DNA of 37,341 nucleotides from Planctomycetota bacterium (lineage in GTDB: Bacteria; Planctomycetota; UBA1135; UBA2386): contig JAYYEE010000227.1 of the NCBI GenBank assembly GCA_036160175.1, forward strand, positions 1 to 37,341, read 5' to 3'. Shown in pieces: positions 8,033 to 16,228 of the stretch. Below the pieces are notes generated by a model. The model was not told the origin of the DNA and made no database searches. It saw only the letters and a list, made by a program, of their open reading frames with translations. The translations under genes and the position numbers were made by a program. Position 1 is the stretch's first letter, and every line of letters begins with the position of its first letter.

Positions 8033-8867
8033 ACGCCGCGTCGATGCGCTCTATGAGAGCCTCGCGCGCTTCCAGTGGTGGCGCGCTCGTCGAGGGGTCG
8101 ACGCCGGCTCCTTGGGCGGTCTAGAGATGCGCAAGCGGCTGTTGCCTGCGCGCCGCGCGGATCGTCCCGCTGACGGCGGCGCCGGGCTCGATGCGTGGTT
8201 GGATGTGCTGGTGGGGGGATTCGCGCAGCGTCGGGTGGTGGACCTCGGCTCGGGGTTCGGTGCGTCGCTGCTGCGGGCTACGGACGCGGGCGCGAGCTCG
8301 TGCGTCGGCGTAACGGCCAGCGAGTATCAAGCAAAGCGCGCAAACCAGGTCGCGCGCGCCCGCGGGGTCGACGACCGATGTCGCTTCGAGGTCGCGCAGT
8401 TGGGTGACCCGTTGCCATCGGCGGACGTGGTGCTCGCGGTCGAGTCCTTGGGCCACGCGCCCGACTTGGCCGGAGCGCTGGCGCAGGTCGCCTCGTCGCT
8501 CAGCAGCGACGGCGTCTTTGTTTGGCTTGAGGACCTGCTCGTTGCGCCGTCGCGCGACGACCCTGACGTGACCGCGCTGGCGCGCGCGTGGGCTTCGCCG
8601 CAGCTCCGGTGCCTCAGCGAGGTCGACGGCGCGATCGCGGCTGCCGGGCTGCGCGTGACGCAGTCGGTAGACCTCACCGAGCAGGTCCCGCGCAAAGACG
8701 CGGTGAAGCTCAACCGCGCGCGTCGTCGGCTGCACGCGCTTCGCGCGATCACCCCTCTGCCCGGGGCGCGCAGGGTCCTCGACGCCTTCCTCGGCGGTCT
8801 GCACCTCGAGCGCGTCTATGCGCGCGGGCTCGCGCGCTACCAGCTCATCGTCGCGCGTCCCGCGTAG
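8025..8867 (+). CDS. Class I SAM-dependent methyltransferase (second copy, different subfamily)
   Basis: Motif I is RVVDLGSGFGASLL, followed by CVGVTASEYQAKRA and ADVVLAVESLGH. ATG 8025 overlaps the upstream gene by 8 nt. An alternative TTG lies at 8019. Confidence 0.7.
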   Translation: MAERRVDALYESLARFQWWRARRGVDAGSLGGLEMRKRLLPARRADRPADGGAGLDAWLDVLVGGFAQRRVVDLGSGFGASLLRATDAGASSCVGVTASEYQAKRANQVARARGVDDRCRFEVAQLGDPLPSADVVLAVESLGHAPDLAGALAQVASSLSSDGVFVWLEDLLVAPSRDDPDVTALARAWASPQLRCLSEVDGAIAAAGLRVTQSVDLTEQVPRKDAVKLNRARRRLHALRAITPLPGARRVLDAFLGGLHLERVYARGLARYQLIVARPA

Positions 8868-8877
8868 GGTCAAGAGC

Positions 8878-8932
8878 GCGCGTCCGCGACGACGGTGGCG
8901 TCACCGCGGCGAGGGGGCTGCTGCGGACGCGC
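8878..8932. terminator. Candidate bidirectional terminator hairpin between convergent genes
   Basis: A perfect 10-bp inverted repeat, GCGCGTCCGC (8878-8887) / GCGGACGCGC (8923-8932), sits in the 71-nt gap between the methyltransferase stop (8867) and the modC stop (8939). The loop is long (35 nt) and there is no clear U-tract. Confidence 0.35.
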
Positions 8933-8938
8933 TGTCTG

Positions 8939-9991
8939 CTAGACCGGCGCGACGCGGATTTCGGTCGCTTTGATCGCGACCCAGACGTCACCACCATCGT
9001 CGAGGCCGAGCTCCTGGACCGCAGCCTCCGTGACTTCCGCGATGACGGGGAGCGCGCCGCCGACCCGGACACGCACACAGTCGACGCTGCGTTCGGTCCC
9101 GTCCACGGGAGCGCGCCACACGTTACGCGGAGATCCGGCCGGCCGCTCTCGGAAGAGCGCGACGGCGCGCGGGTGTAGGGTCGCGATCGCGGGCCCCTCG
9201 TGCGCAGTGCCAACCTGGACGCGAGCGCCGCCATCGACCGTGAGCGTGCGACCGCTGCAGACGCCGCGGATGCAATTCAGCCCGATCAGGTCGGCGACGT
9301 AGCGCGACGCCGGCCTACGGCTGAGCGCGTCGACGGTGCCGGCCTGCACGACGCGCCCGTTCTCGAGGACCGCGATGCGGTCGGCGAGCGCCAGCGCGTC
9401 GTCGAGATCATGCGTGACGACGACGCACGCGCCGCCGAACGCCTCAAGCTGACGTCGCAGCATGCGGCGTAGGGATAGTCGCGAAGAGGCGTCGGCGGCC
9501 GCGAGGGGTTCGTCCAGGAGCAGGGTCCCGGGCTTGGTCGCGAGCGCCCGCGCCAGCGCGACCCGCTGGGCCTGACCGCCGGAGAGCGCCGCTGGGTAGG
9601 CAGCGCCGCGCTCGGCTATCCCAACGCGCTCAAGCCACTTGTCGGCGACCGCGCGCGCGAGCGTGCGCGTGACGCCGCGGCTGCGGAGGCCGTACGCGAC
9701 GTTCTCGCGAATGGTCATGCGCGGGAAGAGCATGTGGTCTTGGAACACCACGCCGATGTCGCGCTGCTCTGGCGGCACGAACGCCCCGGGGCTGCCGTCG
9801 TCGACGAGGGCGCCGGCGAGCCGGATGTGGCCGTGATCAGCGCCACAGAGCCCGGCGATCGCGCGCAGCGTGGTCGACTTGCCCGCGCCGTTGGGGCCTA
9901 CGAGCGCGACCGTCTCGCCCGCTTTGACCTGCAGCGTCGCGGCGAGGGAGAAGGTCCCCAGCTGCATCGAAAAACGTGCGTCGAGGCTCAT
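8939..9991 (-). CDS. modC: Molybdate ABC transporter ATP-binding protein ModC with a C-terminal TOBE/Mop-like domain
   Basis: Walker A GPNGAGKST, signature LSGGQAQRVALARAL, Walker B LLLDEPLAA. ATG 9991 overlaps the modB stop (ATGA). Confidence 0.9.
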   Translation of the reverse strand: MSLDARFSMQLGTFSLAATLQVKAGETVALVGPNGAGKSTTLRAIAGLCGADHGHIRLAGALVDDGSPGAFVPPEQRDIGVVFQDHMLFPRMTIRENVAYGLRSRGVTRTLARAVADKWLERVGIAERGAAYPAALSGGQAQRVALARALATKPGTLLLDEPLAAADASSRLSLRRMLRRQLEAFGGACVVVTHDLDDALALADRIAVLENGRVVQAGTVDALSRRPASRYVADLIGLNCIRGVCSGRTLTVDGGARVQVGTAHEGPAIATLHPRAVALFRERPAGSPRNVWRAPVDGTERSVDCVRVRVGGALPVIAEVTEAAVQELGLDDGGDVWVAIKATEIRVAPV

Positions 9992-10779
9992 CGTCCGAAG
10001 AACCACTGGCGGCGGAGGAGGAACAAGATCGTCGCAGAGATCGCGAGCAGGACGACGCTGAGCGCCACCGCTGAGGACGGCTGGGACTCGAGCGCGTGGT
10101 AGACCGCTCGCGGCAGAGGGCGCGTGCGCCCATCGAAGCTCCCGGCGAACGTGATGGTCGCGCCAAATTCGCCGAGCGCGCGCGCCCACGCGACCAGCAA
10201 GCCAGCGCGAAGCGACGGCGCGATCATCGGCAGGGTGACCGTCAGGAACGCGCGCCAAGGCGAGGCGCCGAGCGTGGTCGCGGCGTCGGTGTAGCGGTGG
10301 TCAAAACTGCGCATCCCGCCCTCGACGGTGAGGACGAAGAACGGCATCGAGACGTAGGTGGTCGCCAGCACCACAGCGCTGCTCGAAAACGGGACCGTGA
10401 CGCCGAACCAGCTGTCTAGCGGTCCGCCGACGACACCGCTGGGCCCGAACGCAAGGAGCAGCGCGATCCCACCGACGATCGGCGGCAGGACCATCGGCAA
10501 GGTTGTCACGACGCGCACTGCGCTGCGGAGCGCGCCTGACCCTTGCGCGAGCCACGTGGCGAGCGGCAAGCCCATCGCGAAGCACAGCACCGTCGATAAG
10601 AGCGAGCACTCGAGCGACAACGCTAACGCCCGCAGCGTCTCGGCCGTCGTAAACAGCGCCATGAGCGCCGGCCATTCGACCTCTGCCGCGAGCGCGACGA
10701 GCGGCGCCGCGAACAGCAGCGCCGGCGCGGCGGCGATCGCTAGGATCCAGCTCGGCAGGTGCTTGCGGCGGTTATTCAT
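9988..10779 (-). CDS. modB: Molybdate ABC transporter permease ModB
   Basis: Multi-TM protein with the EAA-type loop DAATTLGASPWRAFLTVTLP and RALGEFGATITFAGS. ATG 10779 overlaps the modA stop (ATGA). Confidence 0.9.
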   Translation of the reverse strand: MNNRRKHLPSWILAIAAAPALLFAAPLVALAAEVEWPALMALFTTAETLRALALSLECSLLSTVLCFAMGLPLATWLAQGSGALRSAVRVVTTLPMVLPPIVGGIALLLAFGPSGVVGGPLDSWFGVTVPFSSSAVVLATTYVSMPFFVLTVEGGMRSFDHRYTDAATTLGASPWRAFLTVTLPMIAPSLRAGLLVAWARALGEFGATITFAGSFDGRTRPLPRAVYHALESQPSSAVALSVVLLAISATILFLLRRQWFFGR

Positions 10780-11543
10780 GGAGACGAGAACCCGTGCTCC
10801 GACAGGATGCGGCGGCCGTCCGGGCTGAGGACGAAGGCGATGAACTCCTGAGCGCCCGTCGCCTGCTCGCCGGTCGAGACCGTGACGATCGGATACGTCG
10901 CCTCGACGTTCAAGCGCGCGGGGATCGGGACGTTGTGCACTCGGCCGGCGGCCGCGAGCGCGTCGGATCGGTAGACCACGCCGGCGTCGGCGACGCCCAG
11001 CTCCACTTTGCTGACGACGGCGCGGACGCTGGGCTCATCTGACGCCGACCGGGCGGGCACGCCGGCGCGCTCCAGCAGCGCTCGCGCGTAGCGGCCGGCC
11101 GGGACCTGCGGAGCGCAGAGCAAGCAGGTGAGGTCTGGGCGCGCGAGATCTTCGACCGAGCGGATCGCCTTCGGGTTTCCCGGGCGCGTCACGATGGCGA
11201 GCGAGTTACTCGCGAATCGTCGTGGTTCGTCGGCCGTCAACCCAGCGTCGACGACCGCGTGCATCTGCAGTTGGTCTGCTGACGCGAAGACGTCTGCCGG
11301 CGCTCCTTGGCGTAGCTGCATGACGAGCTGCGGCGTCCCAGCGCAGTGAAGCTCGACCCGCAGTCCCGGCCTGGCCGCCGCGAAGCTCTGAACGAGCTCT
11401 TCAAAGGGCGCGGTCAGCGATGACGCCGCGAAGATCCGCACCGTGGGGCGCTCGTCCCCCGCGCAGCAGGCGACGGCCGCTGCGAGCGCGGCGACGCCGA
11501 GCGCGGCGCGGGTTCGTCGGGCTGTGGCGGGCTCGCGGGGCAT
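10776..11543 (-). CDS. modA: Molybdate ABC transporter periplasmic binding protein ModA
   Basis: A signal peptide is followed by VRIFAASSLTAPFEEL....GAPADVFASAD and ATYPIV, which is typical of ModA. Confidence 0.85.
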   Translation of the reverse strand: MPREPATARRTRAALGVAALAAAVACCAGDERPTVRIFAASSLTAPFEELVQSFAAARPGLRVELHCAGTPQLVMQLRQGAPADVFASADQLQMHAVVDAGLTADEPRRFASNSLAIVTRPGNPKAIRSVEDLARPDLTCLLCAPQVPAGRYARALLERAGVPARSASDEPSVRAVVSKVELGVADAGVVYRSDALAAAGRVHNVPIPARLNVEATYPIVTVSTGEQATGAQEFIAFVLSPDGRRILSEHGFSSP

Positions 11544-11600
11544 CGCGGCCAGTTGATACCCCAGCGCGGGCGCAGGCGCAGCCGTTTCTTGCGGCGCGGG

Positions 11601-12468
11601 CTATGGCGCGGCGCGCGCGACCAGCCCGAACATCAGCGGCATCGTCGGCGTGCCGTCGGGCACCGTGAAGCGGCGCCCAGGGAGCGCCTGCATCCCGTCG
11701 AAGAGCTCGCAGCCGTTTGCGTAGGGGTACTCCCTGACCTGCCTGATCCGCATCCCGGCGTCTACGACTGATTGAACGAGCTGCGCTACGGTCCACTGGG
11801 AGCCGAATGACCGCTCTGAGATGGCAAAATCTGTGACGCCGGCGTCGTAGCCCGACGGCGCGAGGCCGGCGCCGGCGGAGTCTCGCACGCCGTCCTCGTC
11901 GAGCGCCTTGTCGAGGAAGTAGGGGTCGCCGGTGAGGCCGCGCGCGCCGAGGCTCCACGCGAGCGGGTGCAACTCCAGCAGCACGATCCGGCCGCCGCTG
12001 CGCAGCACGCGCGCGACGCCGCGAGCCCAGCGGTCGAGGCCGCACAGCCACCCGACCCTGCCGTACGTCGAGAAGGCGACGTCGAAGCGGTCCTCAGTCC
12101 TCGCGAGCCAATCGAAGACGTCTGCGCGGATAAAGGAAGCGCAGATCTCCGCGTCGCGTGAGAGCTCGCGCGCACGCTATCGGGGCGTCAGCGATGTCAA
12201 CGCCGGTCACCCGCGCGCCCAAGCGCGCGAGGCTGATCGAGTCCTGGCCGCAGTTGCACTGCAGGTGCACGAGGTCAGCGCCGTCGCAGTCGCCGAGCAG
12301 TTCTAGCTCGTCTGGAAACAACGTCGACCCGCCTTGCTTCAGGAACGCGGCCTAGTGGAGCTTGTGGCTGTTGTGTGCGGGCGTGGCGGCGTTCCAAGAG
12401 CGGCGGTTCTGTTCATGGAGCGCGCGGCGCTGGTCTTCGTCGAAGCGCGGCGTGGTTGCCGCTACCAT
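11601..12468 (-). pseudogene. Class I SAM-dependent methyltransferase, disrupted by an in-frame TAG and a frameshift
   Basis: Translation from ATG 12468 gives MVAATTPRFDEDQRRALHEQNRRSWNAATPAHNSHKLH-TAG(12354-12352)-AAFLKQGGSTLFPDELELLGDCDGADLVHLQCNCGQDSISLARLGARVTGVDIADAPIA. Near 12170-12176 the sensible reading jumps one frame: ..ARELSRDAEICASFIRADVFDWLARTEDRFDVAFSTYGRVGWL..VLRSGGRIVLLELHP... to the stop at 11601. Confidence 0.65.
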
Positions 12469-12478
12469 CGCACATCTG

Positions 12479-13177
12479 ATGGCTGAAGCCGACCTCTACG
12501 CCCCGGTCAAGAAGTTCCTCGAAGGGCAGGGCTACGAGGTCAAGGGGGAGATCGAAGACTGCGACATCGTCGCGGTGCGCGCGGACGAGTCGCCGGTCGT
12601 CGTCGAGCTCAAGGTGCAGCTGAACCTCGCGTTGATCCTGCAAGCCGTCGATCGGCTGGCGGTGAGCGACAGCGTCTACATCGCGTTTCGCGTCGGCAAG
12701 AAGCACAGCGCGTCGTGGCGGTCGCGCGGCAAGCAGGTCAAGAGCCTGCTGCGGCGCCTCGGGCTCGGCCTCTTGACGGTGTCGGCCCGCGGCAAGGTCG
12801 AAGCCGTCCTAGACCCGGGGCCGTATCGGCCGCGCCTAGGCAAGGAGCGCCGCGGTCGGCTGCTCAAAGAGTTCGCGGAGCGTGTCGGCGACCCGGTCGC
12901 GGGCGGGTCGGCGAACACGAAGCGCATGACGGCGTACAGGCAGGACGCGCTGCGGTGCGCGCTCGCGCTCAAGGACGGCGGCGTGACCAAGGTGAGCGAG
13001 CTGGCGAAGAAGACCGGCGTCGAGCGCGCGGGGCCGATCCTCCGCGACAATCACTACGGTTGGTTTGAGCGCGTCGAGACGGGCTACTACCAGCTGACGC
13101 CGAGCGGTCTGGCCGGGCTCACGGAGTGGGCGCACGCCGCGGGTGCGCTCGGCCGCGGCGGTGAAAGCACGGCCTGA
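12479..13177 (+). CDS. DUF2161-like protein: putative PD-(D/E)XK nuclease-fold domain plus a C-terminal winged-helix region
   Basis: MAEADLYAPVKKFLEGQGYEVKGEIEDCDIVAVRADESPVVVELK shows a D...E-x-K arrangement. The C-terminus VTKVSELAKKTGVERAGPILRDNHYGWFERV is HTH-like. I prefer ATG 12479 to the upstream GC-rich extension from 12362. Confidence 0.65.
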   Translation: MAEADLYAPVKKFLEGQGYEVKGEIEDCDIVAVRADESPVVVELKVQLNLALILQAVDRLAVSDSVYIAFRVGKKHSASWRSRGKQVKSLLRRLGLGLLTVSARGKVEAVLDPGPYRPRLGKERRGRLLKEFAERVGDPVAGGSANTKRMTAYRQDALRCALALKDGGVTKVSELAKKTGVERAGPILRDNHYGWFERVETGYYQLTPSGLAGLTEWAHAAGALGRGGESTA

Positions 13178-13187
13178 AGCGCGCGGC

Positions 13188-14294
13188 TCAGACGTTGAAG
13201 CGGAAGTGCAGGACGTCGCCGTCCGCGACGACGTACTCCTTGCCCTCGATCCGATACTTCCCCGCGTCGCGCGCAGCGGCGACGTTGCCGCACTCGATTA
13301 AGTCATCGTAGGCGACCGTCTCGGCCTTGATGAAGCCGCGCTCGAAGTCGCCGTGGATGACGCCCGCGGCCTTCGGCGCGGTGTCGCCCGCGCGGATCGT
13401 CCACGCGCGCACCTCCATCTCGCCGGCCGTAAAATACGTCCGCAGGCCGAGGAGGTGGTAGGTCGCGCGGATCAGCGCGCCGGTGCCGCTCTCAGCGACG
13501 CCGAGGTCGGCCAGGAACGCCTTGGCGTCCTCGTCGGAGAGGTCGATCAGCTCGGCTTCGATCTGGGCCGAGATCACGATCGTCTCGCAGTTAAGCGTCT
13601 GAGCGGCGTAGTCGCGCACCTTCTGCACGTAGGGGTTGTCGTCGGCCTCGGCCAGCTCGTCGTCCTTGACGTTGCAGGCGAAGATCACCGGCTTCATCGT
13701 CAAGAGCTGGAAGTGCTTGGCGATCTTCTGCTCGTCGGTGGTCAGGTCGCAGAGGTAGGCCGGCTTGCCGTCATCGAGGAGCGGCTCGAGCTTCTTCAGG
13801 ATCGGCATCTCGGCGACGGCGTCCTTGTCGCCGCGCTTGTGGAGCTTGGCTTGCTTCTCGATGCGCTTTTGAACGGACTCGAGGTCGGCCAGGACGAGCT
13901 CGGTGTTGATCACCTCGATGTCTCGCACTGGGTCGACAGAGCCCGACACGTGATGCACGTCCTCGTCCTCGAAGCAGCGCACGACCTGGACGATGGCGTC
14001 GACCTCGCGGATGTGGCTGAGGAACTTGTTGCCGAGGCCCTCGCCAGCGGCGGCGCCCGACACCAGCCCAGCGATGTCCACAAACTCGATCGTCGCAGGG
14101 ATGATCTTGTCGGTCTTGGCGATGACGCGAAGCGGTTCAAGGCGAGCGTCCGGCACGGTCACGACGCCGACGTTCGGGTCGATGGTGCAGAACGGATAGT
14201 TCGCCGCCTCAGCCTTCTGCGTGCGCGTGATCGCGTTGAACAGGGTCGACTTACCGACGTTGGGCAGGCCGACGATTCCTGCTTGGAGCACCAT
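13188..14294 (-). CDS. ychF: Ribosome-binding/redox-regulated ATPase YchF
   Basis: [35 protein letters not shown] and the C-terminal TGS-like end [11 protein letters not shown]. The ATG shares 1 nt with the etfA stop (TGATG). Confidence 0.95.
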   Translation of the reverse strand: MVLQAGIVGLPNVGKSTLFNAITRTQKAEAANYPFCTIDPNVGVVTVPDARLEPLRVIAKTDKIIPATIEFVDIAGLVSGAAAGEGLGNKFLSHIREVDAIVQVVRCFEDEDVHHVSGSVDPVRDIEVINTELVLADLESVQKRIEKQAKLHKRGDKDAVAEMPILKKLEPLLDDGKPAYLCDLTTDEQKIAKHFQLLTMKPVIFACNVKDDELAEADDNPYVQKVRDYAAQTLNCETIVISAQIEAELIDLSDEDAKAFLADLGVAESGTGALIRATYHLLGLRTYFTAGEMEVRAWTIRAGDTAPKAAGVIHGDFERGFIKAETVAYDDLIECGNVAAARDAGKYRIEGKEYVVADGDVLHFRFNV

Positions 14295-15277
14295 CAGCTG
14301 TTGGCGACCACTTCCTGGATCGCCTTGGTGAGGGCTGGCACCACCTCGAACGCGTCGCCGACGATGCCGTAATCCGCGACCTTGAAGATCGGGGCGTCGG
14401 CGTCCTTGTTGATGGCGACGATCGTGCGCGCGGTGCGCATGCCCGCGAGGTGCTGGATCGCGCCGCTGATGCCGACTGCGATGTAGAGCGGCGGGCTGAC
14501 GACCTTGCCGGTCTGGCCGACCTGTTCGCCGTGTGGGCGCCAGCCGGCGTCTACGACCGCGCGCGACGCGCCGACCGCGGCGACGCCGGGCCCGAAGGCC
14601 GCGGCGAGCTCTTCGATGATCTTGAAGTTCTCCGGCTCCTTCAGGCCGCGGCCGCCAGAGACGACCACCTTGGCCTCTTGCAGCGGCGTCTTGTCGCCGC
14701 CCGCGGCGACGATCTCCTTGACGACCGAGAGGAGGTCGCCCGCCGGCGCGTCGACCTTTGCAACCTCTCCGCCCGGTCCGCCGCTCGCGGCGGCGAAGTT
14801 GTTCGGGCGAACGGTCGCGCAGAACGGCGACTTGGCCGCCTTGACCGTCATCGTCGCTTTCCCTGCGAAGACGGGCTTCTTGGCGCCGAACGCGCCGCCG
14901 TCGCAGCTGACGTCGACGACGTCGGTGATGACGCCGGTCTCAAGCAGCGCCGAGACGCGCGGGAGCAGGTCCTTGCCCATGGCCGTGTGGGCCATCAAGA
15001 CGGCGGCGCCGTCGTTGGCTTTGACTTGCTCGGCTACGGCGGCGGCGTAGGCGTCGCCCGAGTAGTGCTCAAACGCAGCGCCGTCGACGGCGACGACCTT
15101 GCTGACGCCGCTGTCGGCGAGCTCCTTGGCCGCGTCGTCGAGGCCGCTGCCGCATGCGACGGCGACCACGTGACCGCCGCTGCTCTGGGCGAGCTGCTGC
15201 GCGGCGGTGACGGCTTCGAGCGACGGGCGCTTCAGGGCGCCGCCGCGAACCTCAGCGATGACGATGATGTTGCTCAT
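14294..15277 (-). CDS. etfA: Electron transfer flavoprotein alpha subunit
   Basis: 327 aa. FAD-binding C-terminal block VVSGGRGL...[29 protein letters not shown]. An AGGGAG-type RBS lies in the 19-nt gap after etfB. Confidence 0.9.
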   Translation of the reverse strand: MSNIIVIAEVRGGALKRPSLEAVTAAQQLAQSSGGHVVAVACGSGLDDAAKELADSGVSKVVAVDGAAFEHYSGDAYAAAVAEQVKANDGAAVLMAHTAMGKDLLPRVSALLETGVITDVVDVSCDGGAFGAKKPVFAGKATMTVKAAKSPFCATVRPNNFAAASGGPGGEVAKVDAPAGDLLSVVKEIVAAGGDKTPLQEAKVVVSGGRGLKEPENFKIIEELAAAFGPGVAAVGASRAVVDAGWRPHGEQVGQTGKVVSPPLYIAVGISGAIQHLAGMRTARTIVAINKDADAPIFKVADYGIVGDAFEVVPALTKAIQEVVANS

Positions 15278-15296
15278 GGTTAGGTGCTCCCTTTGC

Positions 15297-16049
15297 TCAG
15301 ATGACCTTAGCTTCGTTGCGGAGTAGCTCGATCAGCGCAGGCACGGCGTCCGCGCCCTCGCCGACGATCTTGCCTTCGGCGCGGGCCGGCGGCAGGTCGA
15401 GCGAGACGATCTCCATGGCCGGCGCGGGCAGCTCGGCGGCGGCCTCTTCGAGCGGCTTCTTCTTGGCCGCCATGATGCTCTTCAAGTTGGCGGGCTTGGG
15501 CTCGTTGAGCCCCTTGTTGCAGCTGATGACCGCCGGCGTCTTGCAGGAGACGATCTCCCGCGCGCCTTCGATGTCACGCTCGGCGGTGAACGTGCCGTCC
15601 GCGAGCTCGAGCTTGCTAACCTCGGTCACGCAGCCGTAGCCGAGCCGCGCGGCGAGGTTCGCCGCCCTCTGGTTGTTGTCGGAGTCGGTCGCCTGCTTGC
15701 CGCAGAGCACGATCTGCGCAGGGTTTGCCTTGAGCCAGTTCGCCAGCGCGTCCGCGGTCGAGGCGCTGTCGTAGACCCACTGGTCCGTGGTGAGCAAGAC
15801 GGCCTTGTCGGCGCCGCGCGCGAGCGTGCTCCGCATCTCTTTCTGGGCGTCCTTCGGGCCGATCGTGACTGCCGTCACGCTGCCATCGCCGAGCTGCTCC
15901 TTGAGCAGTCGCGCCTGCTCGAGGGCGAACTCGTCGTAGGCGTTCATTTCGAAGCTAACGCCGTTGGTATCGATCGACTTACCGTCCGCGGCGATCTTGA
16001 TCGCCGTGTCGGTCGCCGGAACACGCTTGATGCAGACGACAATGTCCAT
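15297..16049 (-). CDS. etfB: Electron transfer flavoprotein beta subunit
   Basis: The N-terminus MDIVVCIKRVPATDT...NAYDEFALEQA is typical of EtfB. 250 aa. Confidence 0.9.
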   Translation of the reverse strand: MDIVVCIKRVPATDTAIKIAADGKSIDTNGVSFEMNAYDEFALEQARLLKEQLGDGSVTAVTIGPKDAQKEMRSTLARGADKAVLLTTDQWVYDSASTADALANWLKANPAQIVLCGKQATDSDNNQRAANLAARLGYGCVTEVSKLELADGTFTAERDIEGAREIVSCKTPAVISCNKGLNEPKPANLKSIMAAKKKPLEEAAAELPAPAMEIVSLDLPPARAEGKIVGEGADAVPALIELLRNEAKVI

Positions 16050-16228
16050 GGTCAGCTCTGGGAGGGGCCTCGTGGGGGGATTCCGTGAGTTTTGCGGGCG
16101 AGCAGTCTACAGAGGACAACCTCGCGGTCGACCTCAAATTGCGCCGCTCTGGGAAACCCGCCGGCGGCAGGAGCCGGCGCGCGCGCGCTGGGCGCCTCGG
16201 TGGCAAGGCCGCGTCGGCGCCGCGGGGT

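Noticed and set aside
9992-10258. An N-terminal 89-aa extension of the modC ORF.
   Set aside because: It overlaps modB out of frame and is low-complexity. ATG 9991 gives the canonical ABC N-terminus and an ATGA overlap with the modB stop.
11544-11600. A possible Moco riboswitch or ModE operator upstream of modA.
   Set aside because: Only 57 nt separate modA from the preceding stop. I could not find the conserved Moco-motif helices or a TATAT-N-ATATA-type ModE site by eye. A covariance-model scan would be needed to exclude it fully.
12352-12354. The in-frame TAG as a possible recoding (pyrrolysine or read-through) site.
   Set aside because: The same gene also carries a frameshift, and nothing else suggests Pyl usage. 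Pseudogenisation is the simpler explanation.
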